Shown here piece by piece: positions 50,936 through 61,049 of a stretch of DNA of 64,000 bases. The position numbers and the translations under genes were made by a program. This stretch comes from Candidatus Bathyarchaeota archaeon. Its GTDB lineage: Archaea; Thermoproteota; Bathyarchaeia; Bathyarchaeales; Bathycorpusculaceae. Positions within the stretch are counted from its first letter, which is position 1, and the number at the start of each line of letters is the position of its first letter. The DNA lies in the NCBI GenBank assembly GCA_963815095.1, contig CAWFFH010000003.1:160001-224000 (forward strand), read 5' to 3'. The notes under the pieces are model-generated. The model had not been told where the DNA came from, did no database searches, and saw nothing but the letters and a program-made list of their open reading frames with translations.

Positions 50936-52273
50936 ATGGTCTGGCAGGTTTTCATAAAGAACTTCGGTTGTTCCTCCAACTTAGCGGATGGCGAAGTCTT
51001 GGCCGGTTGTTTAGCACAAGCAGGATTCCAATTAGCCAAATCGGAATTGGAAGCTGATCTAATAATCTTCAATACTTGCGCAGTCAAAGGACCCACAGAA
51101 AACCGCATAATCGATGCCCTAAAACATGCCCCAAAAGACAAAAAAATTGTCGTGGCAGGTTGTTTACCCAAAATTAGTTTTGAACGCCTATGCCGGGAAG
51201 CCAATTTTGACGGTGCAGTTGGTCCAGCGCTTGGCAAAGAAATTTTGGAAATTGTGAGGCGCGTTTTGGCTGGCGAGAGAGTGATTGATTTAGCCCCAGT
51301 CAAGGAAAAGCCGTTATTGAGTCTGCCAAGACACACTTCCAACCCAGTTGTTAGTATTATACCCGTAAATTTTGGTTGCTTAGGCAGCTGTGCCTATTGT
51401 TGTGTTGTGTTAGCCCGAGGACATCTGCGAAGCTACAGCATAAAAGAAGTTACGGAGCGTGTGCAAATAGACTATGCAGCTGGTGCAAGAGAGTTTTGGA
51501 TCACCTCACAAGACACAGCTGCTTATGGAAGGGATTTGGGTACTGACCTTGCCGAATTGTTGACATCGATAGGTGGTTTAGCGGGGAATTTTCGGGTCAG
51601 GGTTGGCATGATGACGCCTAACTTGGTTACGGATATGCAAAGCCGACTCATAATTGCATTTAACAACCCAAAAATCTTCAAATTCTTACACTTACCCATT
51701 CAAAGCGGAGATGAAACGGTGCTCCAGCATATGCGCAGATTCTACACATCAGCCGAGTTCAGAGGGATCGTGAATACTTTCAGAAACGAATTTCCCAAAT
51801 TAACTTTAGCAACGGACGTTATAGTTGGGTTTCCTGGAGAAACCACAGAAGCTTTTGACAATACTCTTAGGCTTTTGGAGGAAGTTAAGCCTGATGTGAT
51901 TAATGTTTCGAAGTTTTTTGCTCGCCCCAAAACTGTAGCAGCCAGGATAAAAGAGGGGTTGGTGGATAAGGAAGAAACCAAGCGCAGAAGCACAGCTGCT
52001 TCGGAGTTAGCAAAGCGGCTTTCAGCTGGGCAGAACCTTCGTTGGGTTGGTTGGAGTGGGGAGATGCTGGTTGATGAGAAGGGCAAAGTTGAGGGTTCGT
52101 GGGTTGGACGCAACTTTGCTTACAAACCAATCGTCATTAAAAGCAACAATAACTTGTTGGGTAAAACGTTGCAGGTCAAAGTTGTGGAAGCTTCTGGAAC
52201 CTATCTAAAAGGCTCAATTTTGGAAATCTGTACTTGCAGTAGAAACTTGCTTGAATGTAAGAGTACTAAGTAA
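50936..52273 (+). CDS. mtaB: tRNA t6A37 methylthiotransferase (e-MtaB, MiaB-like radical SAM)
   Basis: FGCSSN, NTCAVK, AGC, CLGSCAYC, HLPIQSG, IVGFPGE, TRAM domain. Confidence 0.9.
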   Translation: MVWQVFIKNFGCSSNLADGEVLAGCLAQAGFQLAKSELEADLIIFNTCAVKGPTENRIIDALKHAPKDKKIVVAGCLPKISFERLCREANFDGAVGPALGKEILEIVRRVLAGERVIDLAPVKEKPLLSLPRHTSNPVVSIIPVNFGCLGSCAYCCVVLARGHLRSYSIKEVTERVQIDYAAGAREFWITSQDTAAYGRDLGTDLAELLTSIGGLAGNFRVRVGMMTPNLVTDMQSRLIIAFNNPKIFKFLHLPIQSGDETVLQHMRRFYTSAEFRGIVNTFRNEFPKLTLATDVIVGFPGETTEAFDNTLRLLEEVKPDVINVSKFFARPKTVAARIKEGLVDKEETKRRSTAASELAKRLSAGQNLRWVGWSGEMLVDEKGKVEGSWVGRNFAYKPIVIKSNNNLLGKTLQVKVVEASGTYLKGSILEICTCSRNLLECKSTK

Positions 52274-52412
52274 TTCAACTGAGAACCCAGTTTTCCTCAA
52301 CATAGAAAGATGTTCTTAGACTGTTATCGGATGATATTCAACGCCGAACCTCTTCATGTCATATCTGAATGCTTAAATAATTTCGGTTAATGTAGTTTGT
52401 TCAGGTCGTAAA

Positions 52413-53837
52413 ATGACTACCACGCAATCGAACGTTTGCTTTTTTAACACTTTAACGCGAAAAAAAGAACTTTTTAAGCCGTTGGAAGCTGGCAAAGTGA
52501 AAATGTACACTTGTGGTCCCACAGTTTATGATTTTGCCCATATAGGGAACTTTCGGGCTTTTCTCTTTGAAGATTTACTTAAACGCTGGTTAGTGCAACG
52601 GGGCTTCAAAGTTACCCATGTAATGAACTTGACTGATATTGATGATAAAACTATTAAGGGCAGCCAAAAACAAGGTATCCCACTTAGGCAATTCACAGAT
52701 TTCTACGTGAAAGCCTTCTTTGAAGACATCAAAGTCCTAAACATCGAATTCGCAGACGTTTATCCCAAAGCCACCGACCACATCCCAGAAATGGTCACAT
52801 TAATCAAGATTTTAATGACTAAAGGCTACGCCTACCGCGGCGAAGATGGCTCCATCTATTTCTCAGTATGTAAATTTCAAGACTACGGAAAAATGTCAAA
52901 AATCAAAGTTGATGAATTAAAGGTTGGGGCAAGAGTAAGCCAAGACGAGTATGCTAAAGAAGAAGCTCAAGATTTTGCACTTTGGAAAGCCTGGACGATA
53001 GAAGACGGCGACGTGTTTTGGGAAACTGAATTGGGCAAGGGCAGGCCGGGCTGGCACATTGAATGCAGCGCTATGTCTATGAAATATCTTGGCGAAACCT
53101 TTGATATCCATTGTGGCGGAGTTGACAATATGTTTCCGCACCATGAAAACGAGACTGCCCAATCCGAGGCGGCAACTGGTAAGAAATTTGTGAATTACTG
53201 GATGCACAATGAGCATTTGCAGGTGGAGGGCAAAAAAATGTCCAAACGCCTTGGCAACTTTTACACTCTTCGCGACCTATTAGCCAAAGGATACGACCCG
53301 ATTGCAATTCGTTACCTTCTAATGTCCACTCATTACCGTCAACAATTCAACTTTACTTTTGAAGGCTTAGAATCCGCTAAGGGCGCAGTAGATAGGCTAA
53401 GAAATTTTGTTCGCCGTTTACATGATGCCGATGGCAAAGAAAGCGGGGGAAAAGTTACGACTTTTATAATGAAAGCTGAAGCATGTTTTGGTGGCTCGAT
53501 GGACGATGACTTAAACATTGGAATAGCGTTGGCTTCGCTTTTTGATTTTGTGCGTGAAATCAACAACCTGCTCGATGCTAATTTAGTAAGCAAGAATGAA
53601 GCAGCCGATGTTGGCGGTTTAATGATGAAGTTCGACTCGGTCTTAGGTGTAGTTGGAAAAGTGGAAGTAGAAGAAGCATTGCCTGCTGACATTGACGTAC
53701 TCGTTCAGAAGCGTGAGGCAGCCCGCAAAGCCAAGAATTGGAAAGAATCTGACGCCTTAAGAGCCCAGCTAAAGGCCATGGGTATTGTGCTTGAAGACAC
53801 AGCACAAGGCATCCGGTGGCACAAAGAGAAACCTTAG
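52413..53837 (+). CDS. cysS: Cysteine--tRNA ligase
   Basis: [30 protein letters not shown]. Confidence 0.98.
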   Translation: MTTTQSNVCFFNTLTRKKELFKPLEAGKVKMYTCGPTVYDFAHIGNFRAFLFEDLLKRWLVQRGFKVTHVMNLTDIDDKTIKGSQKQGIPLRQFTDFYVKAFFEDIKVLNIEFADVYPKATDHIPEMVTLIKILMTKGYAYRGEDGSIYFSVCKFQDYGKMSKIKVDELKVGARVSQDEYAKEEAQDFALWKAWTIEDGDVFWETELGKGRPGWHIECSAMSMKYLGETFDIHCGGVDNMFPHHENETAQSEAATGKKFVNYWMHNEHLQVEGKKMSKRLGNFYTLRDLLAKGYDPIAIRYLLMSTHYRQQFNFTFEGLESAKGAVDRLRNFVRRLHDADGKESGGKVTTFIMKAEACFGGSMDDDLNIGIALASLFDFVREINNLLDANLVSKNEAADVGGLMMKFDSVLGVVGKVEVEEALPADIDVLVQKREAARKAKNWKESDALRAQLKAMGIVLEDTAQGIRWHKEKP

Positions 53838-54616
53838 AGTTTGGTGCCCAAATTCCATTCTTTTGTAGAGTATTTTTCTTTATAGAGCTTATTTGAGGTT
53901 TCTTTTTCAAATTGGGTTAATGTGCCAGGTTCGAGTTGGATTTTGAGCATTGCCCTAAAACCCTGTGCCAACGCGTTAGCAATTGTGTCGGGAGAGATTT
54001 TGTGACCTAATTCGTTTTGGATACTAGTTATTTTGCGTTTTGCGATATCAGCGGTTTGGGTACAACTGGCGTCTTTAAGTTTTAGGAGTTGGAACATTTT
54101 GGGTAGATCTACGCTTCTCAAAAGTGTTCCATGTTGGAGAACCACGCCATGGGTGATGGTTTGGCTGCTGCCCGAGACTTTTTTGCCATTTACAGTCAGG
54201 TTTGGGCAATTTTTAGCGTTTCCTTCGCTAAAGTCAGCTGTAATTCCTAAAATGCGGAGCGCATCAGTTATTGCCCGATAAATTTGGATGTAAGCGCTCG
54301 TTATGTCGCCTGTGCCGAAATCTTCGGTTTTTGCGGTTACACTGTATGTAACTTCGCCTTCAAAATCATGGTAAACCGTTCCGCCTCCACTGATACGTCT
54401 AACCACGTCGACGCCCCATTTCTTGCAAGCATCCAGATAAAGTTCGTTTTCGGGGTTCTGATTCTTGCCAATGCTAACTGCGGATGGTTGCCAGCGATAA
54501 AACCGCAAAGTATTCGGGACATCCCCAGCGATTCGCGCTGTCAAAATTGCCTCGTCGATTGCCATGTTCATAAACGCGTCGCTGGTTTCTATGGGAAGTA
54601 AACGCCAAGTATCCAT
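53834..54616 (-). CDS. lplA: Lipoate-protein ligase A catalytic domain (LplA/LipM-like)
   Basis: NMAIDEA, RRISGGGTVYHD, GKKVSGSSQ, LQHGT. Confidence 0.9.
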   Translation of the reverse strand: MDTWRLLPIETSDAFMNMAIDEAILTARIAGDVPNTLRFYRWQPSAVSIGKNQNPENELYLDACKKWGVDVVRRISGGGTVYHDFEGEVTYSVTAKTEDFGTGDITSAYIQIYRAITDALRILGITADFSEGNAKNCPNLTVNGKKVSGSSQTITHGVVLQHGTLLRSVDLPKMFQLLKLKDASCTQTADIAKRKITSIQNELGHKISPDTIANALAQGFRAMLKIQLEPGTLTQFEKETSNKLYKEKYSTKEWNLGTKL

Positions 54617-54765
54617 TCAACTCAATTCCTTCCCAATGAAAACTTTGTTAAACTTAAAACTGTTATGCAAAACCAGCCTTTCTAAAGAAAAAGCATCGAC
54701 ACGCTTGAGGAATAGATAAATGCTTAAAAACTAAGCAAATGCATCTCTAAGAAGAAGGAAATAAA

Positions 54766-55647
54766 ATGAAGATCGTCTCTGGTCCAGCTTCCAAAGAACT
54801 CGCTGAAGCGGTTTCAGCGTCAACGGGTTTCCAAAATGTTCCTGTTGTATCGAAGATTTTCCCCGACGGCGAATCCTACGTCCGTTTAGACGGGAAGGTA
54901 GAAGGAGAAGATGTTGCAGTTGTGCAGACCACTTGCCCTCCCATGCAAGATGGAAGGCTTTTTCAGTTAGCTTTTTTGGCCGATTCGGCTAAGCGGGCAG
55001 GCGCAAAAAAAGTCACCGCAGTCGTTCCGTATTTGGCATATGCTAGGCAAGACAAAACTTTTCTTTCAGGCGAGGGCATTAGCGTTGAAACTATCGCGCG
55101 AATGCTTAAAGCCGCAGGAATAGACCAGTTTCTAACCGTAAACATTCATTCTGAACCCACATTGGCGCAGTTTCCCTTTCCATCTAAAACACTAAGCGCT
55201 ATCCCACTTATAGCAGACTATTTTGTGAAAAAAGGCTACAAAGGTGCATATGCACTTTCCCCTGACAAAGGAGCCATGTACATTGCAAAACAGGCACAGA
55301 CGGTTTTAGGCGGTGACGTGGGGCACCTTAGCAAAACTCGCGACCGCTACACTGGTCAAACTGTCCAAACGGCAGAGGGCCTAAATGTGAAAGGTCAAAC
55401 CGTCATTATCCTCGATGACATCATCAGTACAGGGGGTACCATCGTTGGTGCAGCAAAAATCCTCCGTGAACAGGGCGCTAAACATGTTTTCTGCGGTTGC
55501 GTCCATGGCTTGCTTATTGGCGACGCTGAGAAACGCATTTTGGATGCAGGTGTGGAAGAAATCGTGGGCACAGATAGCGTTCCCGGAAGTGTAAGCAAGG
55601 TGTCTTTGGCACCACTTATCAGTCAAGAGCTTAAGGCGCAACAGTAG
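54766..55647 (+). CDS. prs: Ribose-phosphate pyrophosphokinase
   Basis: FPDGE, PYLAYARQD, SPDKGA, DDIISTGGT. Confidence 0.97.
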   Translation: MKIVSGPASKELAEAVSASTGFQNVPVVSKIFPDGESYVRLDGKVEGEDVAVVQTTCPPMQDGRLFQLAFLADSAKRAGAKKVTAVVPYLAYARQDKTFLSGEGISVETIARMLKAAGIDQFLTVNIHSEPTLAQFPFPSKTLSAIPLIADYFVKKGYKGAYALSPDKGAMYIAKQAQTVLGGDVGHLSKTRDRYTGQTVQTAEGLNVKGQTVIILDDIISTGGTIVGAAKILREQGAKHVFCGCVHGLLIGDAEKRILDAGVEEIVGTDSVPGSVSKVSLAPLISQELKAQQ

Positions 55648-56693
55648 TGCCCAAACTTTTCTTTTTGCTCTCAGGCGAGAATGAAACTATGCCTGCCGCA
55701 GAAGTTAAAGCAATTTTGGAGGCAGAAGGCTTCGTTTATTCTAACGCTTCAGAGTTTGACCAGATTCTCCGATTGGAAGCCGACGCAGGCAGTGTCCAAG
55801 CGGTGCAGGTACGATCGGCTTACACCCGGTTTTCGGCCTTGGAACTTTTTGTAGCAAACGCTAATTTTGATGACATTGTCACCGCAGCAAAAGAAACAGA
55901 TTTTAAAGCTGTCCTCAAACCCGGCGAAAGCTTTGTGGTGCGCATAAACCGAATTAGAAACTACGCCGACAAAGATCTGAACACGATGACACTTGAAGGC
56001 AATCTGGGCAAGCAAATCCTAAACCTCACAGAAGGCACCAAAGTCAGCTTAAAAAACCCAGATAAAACCTTCATAGGCATAATAACTGACGATAAACTCA
56101 TTTTGGGCTTAAAATTAACCGATATCACCAGTAAAACCTTCTCTGAACGTCGTCCTCGCAAAAAACCGTTCTTCCACCCATCAGCGATGCCGTCGAAGAT
56201 GGCACGTTGCATTGTTAATTTGTCACATGCAAAAGCCGATTCAGTACTGCTTGACCCATTTTGCGGCACAGGAACTTCACTAATAGAAGCCACCTACATT
56301 GGCTGCCGAGCAGTCGGGGTAGATGCGCAGCGTCGAATGGTTTTGGGAACTAGGAAGAACTTGCGGTTCTTCAACATCTCGGCTGAGGGTTTAGTTCTGG
56401 CAGATTCACGAAAACCCCCATTTTTCAAAGTTGACTGCGTAATTACTGACCCACCTTACGGACGTTCGTCGAGCACAATGAAATCAACTACAGAACAGCT
56501 AGTTAAAGACGTTTTAGCCTCATCACTTGAGCTGCTAGGTGTGGGGCAACGAATTTGTATAGCTTCCCCTAAAACATTAAACATATCGCGTATAGGAACT
56601 GAGTTGGGCTATCGGCATGTGGAATCTCACTTTGCCTATATCCATCAGTCTTTGACGCGGGAAATTGCAGTGTTCGAAAAGGTGCAAAACTGA
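55647..56693 (+). CDS. trm11: tRNA (guanine-10, N2)-methyltransferase, THUMP + MTase (Trm11/Trm-G10)
   Basis: PFFHPSAM, LDPFCGTG, TDPPYG. Confidence 0.88.
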   Translation: MPKLFFLLSGENETMPAAEVKAILEAEGFVYSNASEFDQILRLEADAGSVQAVQVRSAYTRFSALELFVANANFDDIVTAAKETDFKAVLKPGESFVVRINRIRNYADKDLNTMTLEGNLGKQILNLTEGTKVSLKNPDKTFIGIITDDKLILGLKLTDITSKTFSERRPRKKPFFHPSAMPSKMARCIVNLSHAKADSVLLDPFCGTGTSLIEATYIGCRAVGVDAQRRMVLGTRKNLRFFNISAEGLVLADSRKPPFFKVDCVITDPPYGRSSSTMKSTTEQLVKDVLASSLELLGVGQRICIASPKTLNISRIGTELGYRHVESHFAYIHQSLTREIAVFEKVQN

Positions 56694-57614
56694 ATGAGTC
56701 TTCGTGTGGTTTTTTTAGGAACAAGCGGTAGCGTACCAACACTAAAACGCAGCTTGCCCTCTGTTGTGGTGCAGTGTCCACGTGACCAATGGATGTTTGA
56801 CTGCGGCGAAAACGTTCAACGCCAAATGATGGCAGCAAAAGTCAGTTTTCACCGTAAAATGAAGGTTTTCATAACTCATCTTCATGGTGATCATGTACTC
56901 GGGCTGCCAGGGCTACTACAAACTATGGCGTTGATGGACCGTAAAGAATCCGTCCAAATTTATGGACCTGCGGGACTCAAGGATTTTTTGGTTTGTACCA
57001 AAGAAACACTCAATTTCGGCTTAAACTACCCAGTTGAAATCAACCAAATCCTAAGCGAAGGTGTCATCTGCGACGAAGAAGAATACCAAGTTATAGCAAC
57101 CAAATCCAATCATGCTGTGGATGGTTACTCTTTTGCGTTTTTGGAGAAGCCGCGTCCAGGTAAGTTTTACCCCAAAAAAGCTTTGGCAATGGGAGTTGCA
57201 GCTGGCGAGTTGTGGTCAAGGTTGCAAAGAGGAGAGAAAATCACATTGGCGGATAGCAAGGTGGTTAAACCAAGTGATGTCATGGGTCCAATGAGGGCAG
57301 GACGAAAAATCGTGTATACAGGTGACACCAAACCTTTCAAAGCGTTTGCAAAGTTTGCTGAGGGTGCAGATTTAGTTATTCATGACTGCACCTTCGATGA
57401 CTCGCTTGCAGAAAAAGCTGATATGGATGGGCATTCAACACCAACTCAAGCGGCAGGGCAAGCAAAGGCGGCTGAAGCAAAACAGCTGATTCTATCGCAC
57501 ATCAGCGCACGGTACCCAAATGCGGGGCTGCTTTTGGAACAAGCCAAAAAAGTCTTCCCAAACACCGTGCTAGCTGAAGACTTTATGGAGTTAGAACTGC
57601 CCTTAAGCAAGTAA
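56694..57614 (+). CDS. rnz: Ribonuclease Z
   Basis: LGTSG, DCGE, HLHGDH, exosite region, TGDT, HST, HISARY. Confidence 0.96.
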   Translation: MSLRVVFLGTSGSVPTLKRSLPSVVVQCPRDQWMFDCGENVQRQMMAAKVSFHRKMKVFITHLHGDHVLGLPGLLQTMALMDRKESVQIYGPAGLKDFLVCTKETLNFGLNYPVEINQILSEGVICDEEEYQVIATKSNHAVDGYSFAFLEKPRPGKFYPKKALAMGVAAGELWSRLQRGEKITLADSKVVKPSDVMGPMRAGRKIVYTGDTKPFKAFAKFAEGADLVIHDCTFDDSLAEKADMDGHSTPTQAAGQAKAAEAKQLILSHISARYPNAGLLLEQAKKVFPNTVLAEDFMELELPLSK

Positions 57615-58385
57615 ATGTTTCAGTTTCTTGATGCTTTCAGGCACTTTATGCATTGATTCAACTACAACGATCTTGTCGTAGCCGATTTTGTTGAGTGTTT
57701 CTGCAAACCAGTTATAATCGATATTACCGTCTTCAACGCCGTAATGTTGGTCTTCTGAACCATCGTTGTTGCTTGCATGAATGTGGACTATTTTGTCTGC
57801 AAGTTTGTTAAAGAAGGGTTGGATTTGTCCTTCCAAGTTGGCGTGTCCAAGGTCCATAGTGATGCCTATGGGCAAATTAGTTTCCTTATACATTCGCATG
57901 AATTCTTCAGGTGTGTTCATCAAAAACCAATACTTTGCAGGCAGGTTTTCCATTGCAATGTTTACGCCATATTCTTCGGCTTGTTTGTAGAGGATCTGGA
58001 TACTTTGGCACATCTGTATAAAGTCAGCTCCCGGATAAAATTGCCCGATGCCTGTCCGTTGCCCCGGGTGGAAAACCCACATTTTAGCATCAATTGCACT
58101 GGCGTTGGCTAACGATTGGTTTAGGCGTTTTAGTGAAGCATTCAGTAAGGGCTTAACTGGAGAGGCAATGTTGATGTCGGCAAAGGGTGCATGCAAGCTG
58201 TATGTAAGATCGTAGGATTTTGCGGCTTCTTTGAGTAGCGCGATGCGTTTTTTGTCAAGGTCGTAGGTACCGTCATCCAAAATCTCAATGTACTTAGTAC
58301 CCATAGCGCCCAAACGTTTTACCATGCGATTGAATGGTTCGCCAAGGCAGTATAACATCGACACGCCTACTTTCGCTTTAGACAT
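57603..58385 (-). CDS. Sugar phosphate isomerase/epimerase (xylose isomerase-like TIM barrel)
   Basis: HAPF.DINIAS, HPG, MEN, DLGHA, HIH, D.H, E motifs. Confidence 0.88.
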   Translation of the reverse strand: MSKAKVGVSMLYCLGEPFNRMVKRLGAMGTKYIEILDDGTYDLDKKRIALLKEAAKSYDLTYSLHAPFADINIASPVKPLLNASLKRLNQSLANASAIDAKMWVFHPGQRTGIGQFYPGADFIQMCQSIQILYKQAEEYGVNIAMENLPAKYWFLMNTPEEFMRMYKETNLPIGITMDLGHANLEGQIQPFFNKLADKIVHIHASNNDGSEDQHYGVEDGNIDYNWFAETLNKIGYDKIVVVESMHKVPESIKKLKHLLA

Positions 58386-58529
58386 ACAGTTTCCTCTTTT
58401 AAATTGGAATGGTTCTGGTTAAAAGCCAACCTACCTAAATAACTTAATCCTTAAAAGAATATGAACCAATGAAAATGAAATTTAAATTCAAATTATACCA
58501 AAAACAACTACGCACAACAAAATTAGCAT

Positions 58530-59041
58530 CTAACGGAATAGTTGCCTTCCCCATTGATTCTGTACATTTTCAGATCGGGTTGTTTTGTACTGAACCTGTC
58601 TTATGCCCAGCGCGAGTTCGGTGAATCCTTTAATGGTTGTATATTGGAAGTCCCATGTTGGCGTGCCGTACCGTAAGCCGCTGCACATAGTGTCCGCATG
58701 AAATAAAGTTGATTTTCCATGTAGTTGAATGCTGCTTGATTGGGTTCGCCATATTTTGGTTCGGCAAGGATTTTGAAAGGCCAGATTTTGCATGCTTCCG
58801 GCTTTATGCCTTGTAAGCCGCAGAAGTAAGTGTTTGCTTTGTTGCAGAGGAAACCGCAGGAGCCATCGCTGGTACGCTTGATGTAGAAGCGTTCTAAACC
58901 GGCGATGGTAGTTTCAACACCGAATGTTTTGGATATATTGATCCATTCAGGAAACCCAAGCACGACGCTGTAGAGTTTACAGCAATAACCACAAGCTTTG
59001 CAACGCCAATCTGCAACGTTCTGCCATGGAACAAACTGCAT
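58530..59041 (-). pseudogene. YkgJ-family (CxxCxxCC) cysteine-cluster protein, apparently split by a frameshift near 58700
   Basis: CKACGYCC...C...C...KPEACKIWPF in one frame; protein-like continuation ADTMCSGLRYGTPTW...ELALG in the overlapping frame. Confidence 0.65.
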
Positions 59042-59111
59042 TTCTAAGCAGCCCTCTTGAGAAACAGAAACTATTGAGGATTAAATTCCTTTCCAACCAA
59101 CGAGAGGAAAA

Positions 59112-59588
59112 TTAGGGTTTTTTGTATAGGTAAATCGTGTGTGACGGATATCCGAGCTGGGGGTTTTCGCAGAAATTTTGAACTTTCTCTGGTTGCCAAC
59201 CGATAATCTCATAATCGTGAGAGACCACACGTGCACCTTTCTTTAGGTCATTTTCCAGTTTGGGTTTGATTTTCTCATTAGCACTCGTTGTTAAATACAG
59301 ATAAACCACGTCTGCAGAGGTTAAGTTTACGTTGAACATGTCAGCATTCATGATTGTTACTCGGTCGTCTAAGCCGCTTTCGTGAATGCTGCCCATGGCT
59401 TTCTTTGCTAAATCCTCTCGAAGTTCGATGCCGACTCCACGAGCGCCAAAAGTCTTAGCTGCCATAATCACAGTTCTACCGTCTCCTGAACCCATATCGA
59501 AGAGGACTTCACCGGCCTTCAAATCGGCCATTTTAAGCATATATTCTACGACAAGCGTGGGGCTTGGAACAAAAGGAGCAATAAACAT
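59112..59588 (-). CDS. Small class I SAM-dependent methyltransferase (archaeal protein-lysine MTase/FAM173-like)
   Basis: APFVPSP, DMGSGDGR, GIE, ADVVYLYL, RVVSHDY; start moved to MFIAP. Confidence 0.88.
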   Translation of the reverse strand: MFIAPFVPSPTLVVEYMLKMADLKAGEVLFDMGSGDGRTVIMAAKTFGARGVGIELREDLAKKAMGSIHESGLDDRVTIMNADMFNVNLTSADVVYLYLTTSANEKIKPKLENDLKKGARVVSHDYEIIGWQPEKVQNFCENPQLGYPSHTIYLYKKP

Positions 59589-59617
59589 TTTCAGTTTTCC
59601 TCCCGTAACTCCTGCTG

Positions 59618-59944
59618 TTATGCTACATAAGCGTCTTTTTTCGATTGAGGTCTTTTTGCTTCGCCGCACTTCACGCAACTTTGCGCACATAAGTCAAGGT
59701 ATTTTGCTTCGTCTGCGGAACCAACGGCTTTTGCTGCTTTGATGCACATTTCGCTGGGTTCTTTGCAGCCTTCTTCTTTGCATAGGTTTGAGATATATTG
59801 GCAAACTTCCTGTACGTCTTTGGGTTCGAGAACTGCTCTGTTGGTGCGTACAAGTAAACAGAGTTCACGCGCCATAACGCAGGTCTTAACATATTTGATG
59901 CGATCTAGAACTTCATTGCGTAGATTCTTTCGGCTTATCTCCAA
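59618..59944 (-). CDS. Cys-rich helical hypothetical protein
   Basis: 108 aa, 9 Cys including CAQSCVKC; co-oriented upstream of the methyltransferase. Confidence 0.7.
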   Translation of the reverse strand: MEISRKNLRNEVLDRIKYVKTCVMARELCLLVRTNRAVLEPKDVQEVCQYISNLCKEEGCKEPSEMCIKAAKAVGSADEAKYLDLCAQSCVKCGEAKRPQSKKDAYVA

Positions 59945-60111
59945 ACTCTTTGCTCCTATGACATAACAAGCAGATGAGCAAACTAAGCGGCTTTAGACTT
60001 AAAAAGTTGCTGTTACATGCTCTGAAGGCTTGCTGAGTTCACGAAAAGCTATTAACTTGTCCCTATGCAAGACTGTAACGGCGACTGAAAATGTATTGGG
60101 ATGGGTAAAAG

Positions 60112-61038
60112 TTGGAAGCTAAAACCAAAAAAATCCTCATACTAATAATCGCCTTGGCGGTCATTCTAAATGCTGTCACGTTTCTAACTGCTTATCCAGA
60201 AACATTCAAGCCGATGTCACCGATTTATGCAAGAGATTTTTCTGCTTACTATATCGGGGAATGGCGACTATTCAACAATCCATCGACAATTTACATAGGT
60301 GGCAATCAGCCGGGTGATTATCATATTTCTCCAAATGTCCAGACCTTTAAGTATACGCCCTCTTTTCTGATTTTTTTTGCGCCTTTTATAAATTTAAGCT
60401 ATCAGAATGCGCTTAACGTTTTTGATATACTGCAATTTGTCTCTATCTTTGCGTTAGCTTTCTTTGTTTACAAAATTGTTAAAGACAAAAAACTTTTATG
60501 GGGTGCCGTAGCAGCCGTCATGGTTTTAATTGCCTTCCAAAACGGTTACTATTGGGGTTACGCTCAAGCAAACGCCCACATAATTCAAACCTCTCTCATC
60601 GTTGGTGCCTTGTATTTTGGGTTCTCTAAAAAACCATGGCTTTCCGCATTGTTTTTTTCGGTAGCTGCATTTGATCCACGCATTGCTCTTCTTGCGCTAC
60701 CACTGCTTCTATGGTACAATAGACAAAAACTTCTAAAGTTTGGGATAGGTGCGGTTGCATTCCTTGGAGCTTTTAACTTACCTTTTTTCTTCTATAACAA
60801 TATAGGATTAAACTTTTTGCAAACAGAAGTTAATGGTGAAATCGCTTCACAGATTTATCCTTACGATTTGGTTCCTATGATTGCCGTAGCCACAATAACT
60901 ATTCTCGAAGTACTAACTATAATTGACAAGAGAACGAATTTTAGTTTTCTAATAGAAACTAAACTTTTAAAGCTAAAAAACTACCCCAAGAAGACATCTT
61001 CATTAGAAAATTCAATTGCAAAAAACAATAATTCCTGA
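60112..61038 (+). CDS. GT-C membrane glycosyltransferase (GT87/DUF2029-like)
   Basis: TM1 then RDFSAYY, FKYTP, QAN; multiple TM helices. Confidence 0.75.
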   Translation: MEAKTKKILILIIALAVILNAVTFLTAYPETFKPMSPIYARDFSAYYIGEWRLFNNPSTIYIGGNQPGDYHISPNVQTFKYTPSFLIFFAPFINLSYQNALNVFDILQFVSIFALAFFVYKIVKDKKLLWGAVAAVMVLIAFQNGYYWGYAQANAHIIQTSLIVGALYFGFSKKPWLSALFFSVAAFDPRIALLALPLLLWYNRQKLLKFGIGAVAFLGAFNLPFFFYNNIGLNFLQTEVNGEIASQIYPYDLVPMIAVATITILEVLTIIDKRTNFSFLIETKLLKLKNYPKKTSSLENSIAKNNNS

Positions 61039-61049
61039 AAACTTCAGCG

